In this document: positions 9,592 to 19,205 of the stretch, piece by piece
Layout of the letters: the number at the start of each line of letters is the position of its first letter
How positions within the stretch are numbered: position 1 is the stretch's first letter
Assembly (NCBI GenBank): GCA_963804085.1
Contig: CAWDOQ010000019.1
Location: 224,001-288,000 of the forward strand
Reading direction: 5' to 3'
Length of the DNA stretch: 64,000 nucleotides
From: Chlamydiia bacterium
GTDB lineage: Bacteria; Chlamydiota; Chlamydiia; Chlamydiales; Rhabdochlamydiaceae
Position numbers and translations under genes: made by a program
Notes under the pieces: generated by a model
The model's input: only the letters and a program-made list of their open reading frames with translations
Told to the model about the DNA's origin: nothing
The model's database searches: none

Positions 9592-10677
9592 ATGAGATAC
9601 CTTCTAGCTCTACTCGTTATTTTGGTCAGCCCAAAGCTATGCGCATGTACGGGAATCAAGCTGGTCGCAAAAGATGGCTCGATCATCCATGGGCGCACAC
9701 TTGAATTTGGTGTCCCGCTCGACACCTCCATAGCTGTTGTCCCTCGCGGATATCGCTTCATTGGAACGACAACGCAGGGAGTAGGGCTTGCCTATACAAC
9801 GAAATATGCAGCTGTTGGCACTGCTGTTTTTGAGTCGCTTGAGATAACAGATGGGTTAAACGAGAAGGGGCTCTCTGTCGGCACCTTCTATTTTCCCGGA
9901 TATGCAGAGTATGCAGCAGTCAACGAAGAAAATCGGACGATTGCGCTCTCTCCGCTCGAATTTCCTAATTGGGTGGTGACACAGTTTGCAACAGTTGCTG
10001 AGGTAAAAGCCGCTCTATCTAAGGTTGTGATTGCAGAGGTGCCTGTAAAAGGTTGGGGAGAGCGCGCTCCTCCTTTTCATTATATCGTCTACGACAAGAC
10101 GGGAAACTGCATCGTCATCGAACCGATCAAGGGCAAGCTCGTCTCTTACGAGAACAAACTGGGAGTGCTCACCAACTCTCCTACGTTTGATTGGCAGGTG
10201 ACAAACTTACAAAACTACATCAACCTAAAACCAGAAAATGCAGCTCCCCTTCAGTTAAACGGAGTCAAACTCTCCTCGTTTGGACAGGGATCGGGTCTGC
10301 TTGGACTGCCCGGCGATTTTTCACCGCCTTCTCGTTTCGTGCGTGCGGCTCTCTTTTCTTCATACGCTCTTGCTGCAGACAATGCCGAGGCGTGTGTCTT
10401 TCAAGTGTTCCACATACTCAACCAGTTTGATATCCCGTACGGCGCTGTTCGTTCGCAAAAACGCGGTGATGGTTTTGCAGATTACACGATGGCTACATGT
10501 GTGAGAGACTCTCAAGCGCTTAAGTACTACTTTAAAACTTATGACAATCAAGGGATACGAGTGGTCGATCTTATGCAGTTCGATCTCAATGCAAAAATTG
10601 TGAAAACAATCTCGACTGCCGGCAACGAAACAATTCAAGACATCTCCTCTGAATTAGAGAAATCTTCGCAAGATTGA
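9592..10677 (+). CDS. Choloylglycine hydrolase / penicillin V acylase family Ntn hydrolase, exported
   Basis: Signal peptide then CTGI (N-terminal nucleophile Cys), GRTLEF, DGLNEKGL, TNSP, LPGD.SPPSRF. Confidence 0.9.
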   Translation: MRYLLALLVILVSPKLCACTGIKLVAKDGSIIHGRTLEFGVPLDTSIAVVPRGYRFIGTTTQGVGLAYTTKYAAVGTAVFESLEITDGLNEKGLSVGTFYFPGYAEYAAVNEENRTIALSPLEFPNWVVTQFATVAEVKAALSKVVIAEVPVKGWGERAPPFHYIVYDKTGNCIVIEPIKGKLVSYENKLGVLTNSPTFDWQVTNLQNYINLKPENAAPLQLNGVKLSSFGQGSGLLGLPGDFSPPSRFVRAALFSSYALAADNAEACVFQVFHILNQFDIPYGAVRSQKRGDGFADYTMATCVRDSQALKYYFKTYDNQGIRVVDLMQFDLNAKIVKTISTAGNETIQDISSELEKSSQD

Positions 10678-10781
10678 AAAAAAATCTTGCGTGAATTCTA
10701 AAAAGCTCTTACACCTCTTTAATAGAAATACGAGAAATGCAGATCGCGATTTTCTCGATCATGTTTAAAAGAGGAAAATTT

Positions 10782-11081
10782 ATGGCAAAAAAGAAAAAAA
10801 GAGCAAAAGCGAAAGCTAAAAAAAGTTCAAAAAGAGGCGGTGGGGGCTTAACAAAGATTACCTACTCTCTATCTCCTGAACTACAAGAGATTGTCGGTGC
10901 AAAGAAGCTGACACGCCCTCAAGTTGTAAAAAAACTCTGGGTCTATATCAAAGCTAAAAAGTTGCAAGACACAAAAAACAGACGTATGATCGTTCCTGAT
11001 AAAAAAATGGCAGCAGTGATTGGATCTAAACCAGTCGACATGCTTAAATTAGCAGGCAAGCTGAGCAAGCACATCGGCTAG
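10782..11081 (+). CDS. SWIB/MDM2 domain protein with a Lys-rich N-terminus
   Basis: LSPEL.EIVG...LTRPQVVKKLW.YIK...LQD..NRRMI.PD SWIB signature; AGAGG RBS before ATG 10782. Confidence 0.9.
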   Translation: MAKKKKRAKAKAKKSSKRGGGGLTKITYSLSPELQEIVGAKKLTRPQVVKKLWVYIKAKKLQDTKNRRMIVPDKKMAAVIGSKPVDMLKLAGKLSKHIG

Positions 11082-11088
11082 ATCTTTC

Positions 11089-11119
11089 GTTTAGAGTGCG
11101 GCAGAGCCGCACTCTAAAC
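11089..11119. terminator. 14-bp perfect hairpin directly after the SWIB stop
   Basis: gtttagagtgcggc-aga-gccgcactctaaac; no clear U-tract. Confidence 0.5.
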
Positions 11120-11682
11120 CCCGTGCCTGTGCCCGTGTGCGTGCCCGTGCCCGATCTTCTCCCCTCTTACTCTGTGCTCTCTGGACTCGACTTTAGGAAA
11201 TTTTTAAGCAGTAACCATCAGGAGAATCAGCTTTTCTAATTAGCTCAAAAATTTCATAAACGCAGAGAAAAAAACGAGACACTAAAACGCTGAGAAATGC
11301 GAGGGACTTAAACAGAATGCATAGGAGCTCCAATCGTCCCTTTTGAACGAAGTTCAAACAGTAGAAGAACGAAATGTTTTTAAGAAAGCAAGGAAGCTAA
11401 TCACCGGCAAAAACCATTGAACTTCCTTGCTTTCTTAAAAACATTTCGTTCTTCTACTGTTTACTATGTAAAAGGGGCGATCTCAGCGTCTTAGTGTCTC
11501 GGGAGTCTCCTCTGCGTTTATGAAATTCGAAACCATGAATACTTCAGAGATGACAAGATAGGGCTTCGCGTTGCGTTTACTCTTCAATTTCTTAAAAAAA
11601 TCCTAAAGTCGAGGCTGTGCTCTCTAGAGAGCACAGCGTAGGAGAGAAAGAAGATCGGGCACGCACGCGGCACAGGCACGGG
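11120..11682. mobile_element. Three-layer nested palindromic element (REP-like outer arms, TIR-bounded middle layer, inner hairpin element)
   Basis: Outer arms cccgtgcctgtgcc/ggcacaggcacggg; middle TIR ctcgactttagga (11186-11198)/tcctaaagtcgag (11601-11613); inner element 11250-11534 with a perfect 41-bp stem. Confidence 0.8.
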
Positions 11683-11699
11683 CGCGAGGAAGACTGGGA

Positions 11700-12872
11700 T
11701 TACGACACATCCGGTAGTTTATCCACGTATCTTGCAAGAGAGATCCAAAGACGGTATTCGCGGTTGAGCGATTTTTTGACGTCTTTCAGTTGCAGCTTCA
11801 AGTTGTAAAGAGTGTCTTTTTTCTCCTCTTTATTCTTTTTAAGCGTGCTGTACTCTTCGCGCAGATCTTTTACTGCTTCGAGTTTAGCAAGCACGTTATC
11901 GATAACCGTGGTCACTTTTTGCTCCCACTCCTCTTTTTGTGCATGCAAAGAGGTCTGGATTTTTTCTAAGAGGAGAGCTTTGCGATCCAAAAGAAGCTTT
12001 TTCTCGATAAGGAAGGGGTGGACCCTTTTTAGCTGATGCGCAAGCTTGCACTTGTTGAGTACCCAGATGAGCCACTTGGTAGGATCGAAATGGTACCAGC
12101 GGATCCCATTGCGGTAATCGTAGGCAAATTTGTGATGGTAGTTGTGATACCCCTCTCCGAATGTCAGAAGTGAGATCATGTAGTTGTCGACTGCAGAGAG
12201 CTCTTGGCAAAAAGGGCGCGAGCCCCAAGTGTGAGCAAGAGAGTTGATGAACCAGGTGAAGTGGTGCAGAACGAACGTGCGTGCTACCCAAGCAAACAGG
12301 AAAGCGCCTAAGTAGTCATTGAGGCACCAGCCCACTACAAGAAATGCAGCAACGTTGGTCAGAAGCATCAGCAGTCCATAGAAGCGGTGCTGGAAGCGCA
12401 AAAGGGGCTTTCTAATAAGATCTGACACCACGCTATTTTCAATCGGTTTAGGTTTTTCAAAGAGCCAGAGGAAGTGGGCGTACCAGAACCCTTTTTTAAT
12501 CGAGTAGGGATCGCGATCGGTGTCGACAAAGGCGTGGTGGTGGCGATGGTCAAACGACCAGCGAATAGCGCTACCTTGTGTCGCCATCGTAGAAAATAAT
12601 AGCAGGATCGCTTCCACAACTGGATTTATTTTATAGGTCGTGTGGGAGTAGAGGCGGTGATAGCCTGCCGTGACGCTGAGGCCTGTCACGTACATAAGCA
12701 CAGACGAAATAAGAGCCAGTTTCCAAGTCAGGGTATAATGGAGGAAGTACCAGGGGAGTGCGACTAATAACAGTAGATGGTAACCGACGAGAAACGAACC
12801 TGGTCCCCAATTGAATTCTTTAATAAATTTTCTTATATTCAAAATATCCCTGCCTGTTTTAGTTCTGACCAT
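11700..12872 (-). CDS. Membrane fatty-acid (delta-9 acyl-CoA-type) desaturase
   Basis: His boxes HRLYSH, HRHHH and HNYHH; INSLAH; DPTKW. Confidence 0.92.
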   Translation of the reverse strand: MVRTKTGRDILNIRKFIKEFNWGPGSFLVGYHLLLLVALPWYFLHYTLTWKLALISSVLMYVTGLSVTAGYHRLYSHTTYKINPVVEAILLLFSTMATQGSAIRWSFDHRHHHAFVDTDRDPYSIKKGFWYAHFLWLFEKPKPIENSVVSDLIRKPLLRFQHRFYGLLMLLTNVAAFLVVGWCLNDYLGAFLFAWVARTFVLHHFTWFINSLAHTWGSRPFCQELSAVDNYMISLLTFGEGYHNYHHKFAYDYRNGIRWYHFDPTKWLIWVLNKCKLAHQLKRVHPFLIEKKLLLDRKALLLEKIQTSLHAQKEEWEQKVTTVIDNVLAKLEAVKDLREEYSTLKKNKEEKKDTLYNLKLQLKDVKKSLNREYRLWISLARYVDKLPDVS

Positions 12873-13073
12873 AAGTTTAAGGGTTATTGTCCTTTAATGA
12901 CTACCCTGGACTTAGGGGTGCCTTCCTCGTGCTTGCTGCGAAGACAGGCAAATGTGCCCGAATGGCACATTTGCCTGCAAAGCAGTAGAGAATGCCCCTG
13001 CCCGATCCGGATTAATTCGTGTACGTAAAGAATTATCCAATATATTCGCTGCCTTTTCAAGGTAGCGGGACAT

Positions 13074-14264
13074 TTAGGAAATCAGCTTATAGAGCCAGTT
13101 AAAGAGAGTCGTAGCCATTTGCGTGAGCGTCGCAAGCAAAGATGCTGTGTATGCATAGAGCTGCTCGAAAAAAGAGGGAGCAGGTGTAGCTGGCATAGGT
13201 GCTTCGACTGCTAGGGGCTTGGGACACTCCACGGACACAACAGGCGCAGTCGATGTAGCAATGGGGATTGCTTTAGGAGTTGGTGCGAGTACTACAAGAG
13301 GTAAAGCGTTTTGAATTATCTGATGATCTCGAATTGCAGGAATATTGCAGGTCTGTAGCTCTCTTGGAACAGCTTCGACAGACGCACCATAAAACGAGAT
13401 CGTTTTTAGTTTGGTCAATTTGCAAAGTGTGGAGGGGAGGGTGGTCAACTTAAGGTGGGCGAGGTTAAGGTATCCCAACTCGGCCAAGTCTCCTATAGTA
13501 TCAGGAAGAGAGGTAAGACTTGTCCCCCAGAGATCAAGCCTTTTGAGTTGAGTCAGGTTGTGAATAGAACAAGAGAGAGTGGTGAGTTGTCTGTTATTTG
13601 TCAGAAAGAGGTATTGGAGTTTAGGCAATTTGTAGATAAGGGCTGAGACATAGCAGAGTCTATTTTGAGTAAGATCTAATCGTAATAGACCTGAGAAAAA
13701 AGCAATTTCGTCTGGTACGAGGGTTAGTTCACAATTCCAAAAATTTAACTCAGTGATTTGGCTTAACATGTCTTTGTGCTGTTTCATCCAGGTGAGGATG
13801 GCTTCGGCCTTTGCACTGTCGTCACCTGCCAAACTATCCAAAAAGGTTTTAGCTTCGGGAATTTTCTCAGCAATGATCGTAAAGAGAATCACTAAATTCC
13901 TGGCTTTTTCTTTGGCTATCCAGCTGGAAAGTGGCGTAAGTTTTCTGGGATGGAGAGGAGAAGTTGTAGGCAAGTGTAGTGAGTCCAAATATTCGACTCC
14001 TCCACTGATCTCTCTTACATCCTGCATTACTCGGCGGCAAACCGCGTTTACACTTGTGGTAGGAGTGGGCAAAGCTTTAAAGCGCTCCACATAAGGCTTT
14101 AGAGACGGTTCGTGTGCATAAGCATTGAGAAATGCGAAATCAAAGTGGGGAGCGACCGTTTTTTGCCAGGTTTTGGAAACGTGCGCGAGAGACTCAGTTT
14201 CGTCTAAAAATCCTGCGACTACCGCGCTTAAATTTTTGTTTTGCAGTAAATTTGTAGCTGACAT
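13074..14264 (-). CDS. Leucine-rich-repeat protein with an F-box-like N-terminus (putative effector)
   Basis: LxxLxLxxNxL-type repeats (LLRLDLTQNRL, LQYLFLTNN, LKRLDLWGTSL); N-terminal GFLD..SLAHVSKTWQ; amphipathic C-terminus. Confidence 0.8.
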   Translation of the reverse strand: MSATNLLQNKNLSAVVAGFLDETESLAHVSKTWQKTVAPHFDFAFLNAYAHEPSLKPYVERFKALPTPTTSVNAVCRRVMQDVREISGGVEYLDSLHLPTTSPLHPRKLTPLSSWIAKEKARNLVILFTIIAEKIPEAKTFLDSLAGDDSAKAEAILTWMKQHKDMLSQITELNFWNCELTLVPDEIAFFSGLLRLDLTQNRLCYVSALIYKLPKLQYLFLTNNRQLTTLSCSIHNLTQLKRLDLWGTSLTSLPDTIGDLAELGYLNLAHLKLTTLPSTLCKLTKLKTISFYGASVEAVPRELQTCNIPAIRDHQIIQNALPLVVLAPTPKAIPIATSTAPVVSVECPKPLAVEAPMPATPAPSFFEQLYAYTASLLATLTQMATTLFNWLYKLIS

Positions 14265-14516
14265 TTCAATGCCTGGTTAATTAAAAAATGTGATAATTGT
14301 GCGTATTAATTGTTTTTTATTCAACATAAACACTTTTTAATTCGGTGTTTAAAGAAATATTTGTATTGTTGCGCCGACACTGTCGAGCTTAGGCAAATCA
14401 CCACGGGTCAAGATTTTCGGGCACGCGCACGTAAAGAATCGAGCATAGACGCTATTAATTTAAAGCATTGTATCTTGCCCTTTGTTACAGTAATGGACTT
14501 ACAAATTAAGAGGGTT

Positions 14517-15710
14517 ATGCAATTTAAAGATATCATTGACGACGAGAGAATTCTTCGGAATCTGGAAAAACTGGGCTTTTTGGAACCTACACCTATTCAA
14601 AAAGAAGCGATTCAACAAATTATGAAAGGGGGCGATCTGCGCGCTTCTGCACAGACAGGTACGGGTAAATCGGCAGCCTTTCTTCTTCCGGTGCTCATGC
14701 GTCTTGCTAAAGCAAAAGACAGACGCGGCCCGCGCGCTCTCATCTTAGTGCCTACACGCGAGCTGGCTATACAGTTAGCTGCAGAGGCTGCAAAACTCGG
14801 CAACTCTCTCAATTTGATCACTGTTTCTATTTATGGAGGAGTTCCCTATCCACCTCAATTCCGCCAGCTCTCCAAGCCTCATGATATTTTGATCGCAACT
14901 CCCGGACGTCTTATGGACCACATGGAGCAGAAGCGCATACAACTGGGTCAGATCGAGATGTTTGTTCTCGACGAAGCGGATCGCATGCTCGATATGGGCT
15001 TTATCAAGCCGGTTGAAGAGATAGCCTCCAAGATGCCTGCTTCCAAGCAGACGCTGATGTTCTCTGCAACTTTTGACAAAAATGTCCGCAAACTGTCGCT
15101 CACGCTTTTGAAAGATCCCTTTGAGATCACAAGCGAGACCACGCCGGCCAATCAGGCGAGAATTCAGCAAGAGTTCATCCGCACAGACGATTTAGCAGAA
15201 AAACAGCGCCGTTTAGAGGAGCTATTGACTCAACCCAATGTCGATCAAGTGATCGTCTTTTCTTCGACAAAAATCCAATCTGAGAAGATCGCGAAAAAAT
15301 TACGCGACGCGGGACTTCAGGCGGGAGCTCTACACGGCGATATGCACCAGCGCCAGAGAACACGTACCCTCGATGCTCTAAGATCTGGCAGGCTCCGTAT
15401 TCTCGTTGCAACAGATGTCGCAGGACGAGGCATCGACGTTCTAACCATCAGCCACGTGATCAATTTCGATCTTCCACGCAATGTAGAGGATTATATCCAT
15501 CGCATCGGCCGTACGGGCAGAGCGGGGAATACCGGCATGGCCTACTCCTTTTTCTCGAATAGAGATATCGCGGTTAAGAGGGAGATTGAAAAAAAGTTTG
15601 GAATGAAAACCAGCTCTGAACCTGCGCCTGCTGCTCCCCAAAAGAAGCACAAAAAGAAGCAGTTTTGGAAGCAGAAGCGTTCATTCCCACGTACATTCCG
15701 CAGGAATTAA
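14517..15710 (+). CDS. DEAD-box RNA helicase (RhlE-like)
   Basis: AQTGTGKS, PTRELA, TPGRL, DEAD, SAT, HRIGRTGR; start placed at ATG 14517. Confidence 0.95.
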   Translation: MQFKDIIDDERILRNLEKLGFLEPTPIQKEAIQQIMKGGDLRASAQTGTGKSAAFLLPVLMRLAKAKDRRGPRALILVPTRELAIQLAAEAAKLGNSLNLITVSIYGGVPYPPQFRQLSKPHDILIATPGRLMDHMEQKRIQLGQIEMFVLDEADRMLDMGFIKPVEEIASKMPASKQTLMFSATFDKNVRKLSLTLLKDPFEITSETTPANQARIQQEFIRTDDLAEKQRRLEELLTQPNVDQVIVFSSTKIQSEKIAKKLRDAGLQAGALHGDMHQRQRTRTLDALRSGRLRILVATDVAGRGIDVLTISHVINFDLPRNVEDYIHRIGRTGRAGNTGMAYSFFSNRDIAVKREIEKKFGMKTSSEPAPAAPQKKHKKKQFWKQKRSFPRTFRRN

Positions 15711-15803
15711 AAATAAGTTTATAGTTTTAAGGCTGTAGATTTTTAATACTATTTAATTGTATAATTTAACTTTTCTAAATTAACAATTAGCGGAGTGGAC
15801 CGG

Positions 15804-16958
15804 ATGTCTAGTATTAATTTTTTTACTCCTCTCGTCTATGGCGATCTACCTGTCTCTTGTACCCAAGCATTAGCCGAATATGCCGATGAGTACTTCTATT
15901 GGGGTGGGCAGCAAGCTGTTGTTCTAACAATTAGTGAGGGGAGCCAAGGCGTCCTCCTGCGCGAGGAAGAGACATCCTGCTGGCTCACGGCTGTAAAGGT
16001 GGTCACCTATTTCACACTTATTCTTCCCTTGATCGTGCTCATCGCCAAGGTGCTTTTGCGCTGCGGCTCATCATTCCATATCTACCGAGAGGCCTCCTTT
16101 GGAGAAGCTCTCTTAAATGGTCATCCTCAGCTTGCTAGACGCATAAAAAAAGAGGGTATTGTTTTATCAATGGAAGAGCGGCGTCTAGAAAGAGCCTATA
16201 ACAACGATTGCAACTTTGAACCTGCTGACTTTACCCTGCTGCCACAAGATCAGAAAGAGAAGATCTATCAGGTAGCCAACATCTATTTCTGCAAAGAGCT
16301 TGTTTTGAAACTAAACATCTGTGGCATGAGAAGAGCCCCTCTTGCTCCACGCGGACCTGCCATTCTCAGCTGCAACATGAATATGATCGAAGCGGAGAGT
16401 GCACTTCGCAAGCTTTTCACAGATCTACGCACGGCGGGCTGTTTGAATACCGAAGCGGAATTTCACGAAAGAGGCGACTATGCATTTTTTAACCAAAAAG
16501 TGGATATGGGCGCCCTTTTAGGAGCCGAGTATTTAGTGAGCAAAGCGATCGACCTTAACCTAAGATCTGTCAAGATACCCAAAAAGATCGCTGTGATCCT
16601 ACCGGACGAGACCAACACTATCGCGATCAGTGTGGCACGGGACTCTTTGGATATGCGCCTTCACTCGCCCGATCTTCAGATAGTGACAGAGCATATCCAC
16701 CCTCTTGCACGCGAAGAGACCGAGCAAGAGAGAGCGGAGATAGAGGCTCTAAAGAATGCGACTGGATACAGAGGTGCCACCTTCGTAGTAGGCCGCAATT
16801 CCCAAGGCGAAGAAGGGATCTTTTGCATGGACACCGGTTATGAAAACTTTGATCTTCCACCGGCTCCCGCCCACGCAGCTTCCGACTTTGCAAAGAGCGG
16901 CTTCGCAGCAAGAAGCGCACCTTTTCTATTCAAAGTCAGCGACTTCGTAAGCGCGTAA
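15804..16958 (+). CDS. Chlamydial DUF648-type N-terminal domain protein
   Basis: FFTP..Y...L.EYADEYFYWGG..AVV...WLTAVKV.TYFT.ILPLI.LIAK.LLR resembles the chlamydial DUF648 N-terminus. Confidence 0.65.
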   Translation: MSSINFFTPLVYGDLPVSCTQALAEYADEYFYWGGQQAVVLTISEGSQGVLLREEETSCWLTAVKVVTYFTLILPLIVLIAKVLLRCGSSFHIYREASFGEALLNGHPQLARRIKKEGIVLSMEERRLERAYNNDCNFEPADFTLLPQDQKEKIYQVANIYFCKELVLKLNICGMRRAPLAPRGPAILSCNMNMIEAESALRKLFTDLRTAGCLNTEAEFHERGDYAFFNQKVDMGALLGAEYLVSKAIDLNLRSVKIPKKIAVILPDETNTIAISVARDSLDMRLHSPDLQIVTEHIHPLAREETEQERAEIEALKNATGYRGATFVVGRNSQGEEGIFCMDTGYENFDLPPAPAHAASDFAKSGFAARSAPFLFKVSDFVSA

Positions 16959-16992
16959 GTTTTGTTTCTCAAAAAAATCTGAAGAAAGAATA

Positions 16993-17067
16993 TCAACGCA
17001 AAGTCGCGGAGACGCGAGAGGCAAATTTTTGCTTTGCGTCATTTGCGTCCCTGCGACTTTGCGTTGA
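16993..17067. repeat. Intergenic palindrome between convergent genes
   Basis: tcaacgcaaagtcgc (16993-17007) / gcgactttgcgttga (17053-17067), perfect 15 bp, plus inner gacgc/gcgtc units. Confidence 0.75.
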
Positions 17068-17081
17068 AAATCTTCGGAATG

Positions 17082-18104
17082 TCAACATTCAGCGGTAGCT
17101 TCTTGCGTAGCAAGAGCGTAGGCGCTGTCGTCCCAGGGGTGGTTTAAGATCATCTGGCGGATCTCATCTACCGATTTTGTGCGGTTGATCTTCTCGCGCA
17201 GCTCTCTTGCGCCTTTGATGTTACGCAAAAACCAGCATCCCACTCTGCGAAGGTCTAGTGCAGCCTTGTAGGGGTCTTTGTAAGAGGCGATATGTTCGAG
17301 ATGCTCTAAGAAGGTGTTTCTGCAGTCAAGACTAGTGTAGGTTAACGGTGGCTCTTTACCGAGGTGGCGGTAGATATCTTCGATCAGCCAGGGCTGTCCC
17401 ATCGTCCCGCGCGAAAGGAGTATGGCGTCGCATCCCGTGTAGGCAAAGATCCTTTCGGCACTCGCTGCGTCAAAGATATCGCCATTTCCGATGACCAGAA
17501 TCTTCTTTGCTGCCTGTTTGGCATCCCGGATGTAATCCCAGTTGGCAGGGCCGCGATACGCCTGCTCACGCGTTCTTCCATGCACGCAGATCGCGACTGC
17601 GCCAGCCTCTTCTGCAATGCGCGTCACCTCAGCCGCTACAATGCTATCCGTATCCCACCCTGCGCGGATCTTCACCGTGACAGGGATCTTAACGCATGCG
17701 ACCATGTTGGCGATCACTTCGCCTATCAGTTGAGGGTTTTTGAGCATGCCCGAGCCGCTGCCATCTTTGGTCACCTTATCAACAGGACACCCGCAGTTTA
17801 AGTCGAGCACATCAAAGCCCATATCTTCGACGATTTTGGCGCACTGTCCCGCATACTGAGGCTTACTGCCGCAGATCTGCGCGCCGATGGGCCGCATCGA
17901 AGGCTCATAGTCAAGAAGCTGGAAAGTTTTAGGATTGACGTGGAGCATCGCATCCATCTTCACCATCTCGCAATACATCAGCCCCGGACGGTACTTGGAT
18001 AGCATGCGGCGAAACGGAACATCGGAGCAGCCCGCAAGGGGAGCACAAAAGACGTTCGAAGGGAGCTCGCGGCTGCCTAAATAAAAAGGTTTTTTAAGTG
18101 TCAT
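17082..18104 (-). CDS. dusB: tRNA-dihydrouridine synthase B
   Basis: APLAG.SD.PFR, DLNCGCPV.KV, GSGML, VKIRAGWD, VHGRTR, GNGDI. Confidence 0.88.
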   Translation of the reverse strand: MTLKKPFYLGSRELPSNVFCAPLAGCSDVPFRRMLSKYRPGLMYCEMVKMDAMLHVNPKTFQLLDYEPSMRPIGAQICGSKPQYAGQCAKIVEDMGFDVLDLNCGCPVDKVTKDGSGSGMLKNPQLIGEVIANMVACVKIPVTVKIRAGWDTDSIVAAEVTRIAEEAGAVAICVHGRTREQAYRGPANWDYIRDAKQAAKKILVIGNGDIFDAASAERIFAYTGCDAILLSRGTMGQPWLIEDIYRHLGKEPPLTYTSLDCRNTFLEHLEHIASYKDPYKAALDLRRVGCWFLRNIKGARELREKINRTKSVDEIRQMILNHPWDDSAYALATQEATAEC

Positions 18105-18204
18105 GTTTATCTAATCTCTTCGAATAGAGTAACATGATCCCGTGTTCTCAAAAAATGGAAAAAGGTCCATTTATCCAATTCAATGAAATAACGTAAGAGG
18201 TCTT

Positions 18205-18351
18205 ATGGAGATCCATCCCTTAGTTAACCCTGTAGCATCCCTTGTAGCCGGAATCATAGTTCTAATATTTCCAGCGATCTTGAACTATGTTGTGGCCTTC
18301 TATCTCATTTTGGTGGGATTGATCGGGATGTTCGGTACGACTGCGATGTAA
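18205..18351 (+). CDS. Small membrane protein, DUF3096-like (48 aa; absent from the ORF track)
   Basis: Manual translation MEIHPLVNPVASLVAGIIVLIFPAILNYVVAFYLILVGLIGMFGTTAM*; AAGAGG RBS; terminator follows. Confidence 0.8.
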   Translation: MEIHPLVNPVASLVAGIIVLIFPAILNYVVAFYLILVGLIGMFGTTAM

Positions 18352-18355
18352 ACAA

Positions 18356-18383
18356 AAAGAGCGAACCGAATGGTTCGCTCTTT
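18356..18383. terminator. Bidirectional rho-independent terminator
   Basis: aaagagcgaacc-gaat-ggttcgctcttt between convergent genes. Confidence 0.75.
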
Positions 18384-18404
18384 AAAGATAAGATTATCAG
18401 AGGC

Positions 18405-18717
18405 TTAGTAATTGCTAGAGTATCTGAAAACAGCAACATCAGGAGAGAACTGTGTGTTGTCTGCGAAGTCCATAGCTTTCTTTTTCTGCTCTGAAGAGAG
18501 TTGTCCCCACTCATGTAACCCAAAACGGCTAAGATCAGCTTTAAATGTCTCTTCGTTATAATGATCAGTCTTCTTCTTTAGAAAATCAGTTTCGCTTGTG
18601 CTTTTCCAAAGAGGTTGACCATAATCGTTTTTATGAGTCTTCTTGTGCATGGCTCCAGCCCAAAGCCAGTAGGGCCCCGGCGAGCAGATATCCGAACTTT
18701 CCCCGAACGTTTTTCAT
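18405..18717 (-). CDS. Small exported hypothetical protein, split by an apparent frameshift
   Basis: AGGAG RBS then MKNVRGKFGYLLAGALLALGWSHAQEDS* (signal peptide), continuing in another frame as the 18405..18650 ORF. Confidence 0.5.
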
Positions 18718-18818
18718 ACATATCTCCTAGTTTTAAGTGAGTGATCACTTTAAGGCCACCTTATGATTAAAAAAAATATTTGTCAATATCCCACGTTTTT
18801 TTTCTCTGGAGGAAGTTG

Positions 18819-19205
18819 ATGAAACAGTTTAAAATGTCTCGTAAAATGGATGGAAATGAACCTATGTACGGAATGACCTTTTCTACTGCTTTATTAACAG
18901 CTTTTGTTCCTTGTAAGGCTAATGCTGAAATCAGAAAAGCAGAGAAAGAAAACAGACCCGATTTAGTAGAGGACTTGCGCGATTCAGGGCCCTCGCGTGC
19001 TGCTTTTTACAGCTGTGTGGCACTGGCGGTGATTGGGGGTTTAGGTACAGCGTACGCAGGGCCTATAGCTCTACAAGCTTTAGGGCGCTTCTCTTTGACC
19101 TGTGGGTTAGGCTTTGGAGTTATAGCCGCCCGCAGGCTCTATAACTACGCACTTTGTATTCAACTTGAAGCCAACCGCGCCCCTGATCAACAATTCGACG
19201 GTTAG
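18819..19205 (+). CDS. Hypothetical protein with a bilobed hydrophobic segment (Inc-like topology)
   Basis: Two adjacent hydrophobic helices; GGAGG upstream of ATG 18819. Confidence 0.5.
   Translation: MKQFKMSRKMDGNEPMYGMTFSTALLTAFVPCKANAEIRKAEKENRPDLVEDLRDSGPSRAAFYSCVALAVIGGLGTAYAGPIALQALGRFSLTCGLGFGVIAARRLYNYALCIQLEANRAPDQQFDG

Noticed and set aside
350..18104. Two Dus genes as a recent duplication
   Set aside because: They are divergent subfamilies, and multiple Dus paralogs are ordinary in bacteria.
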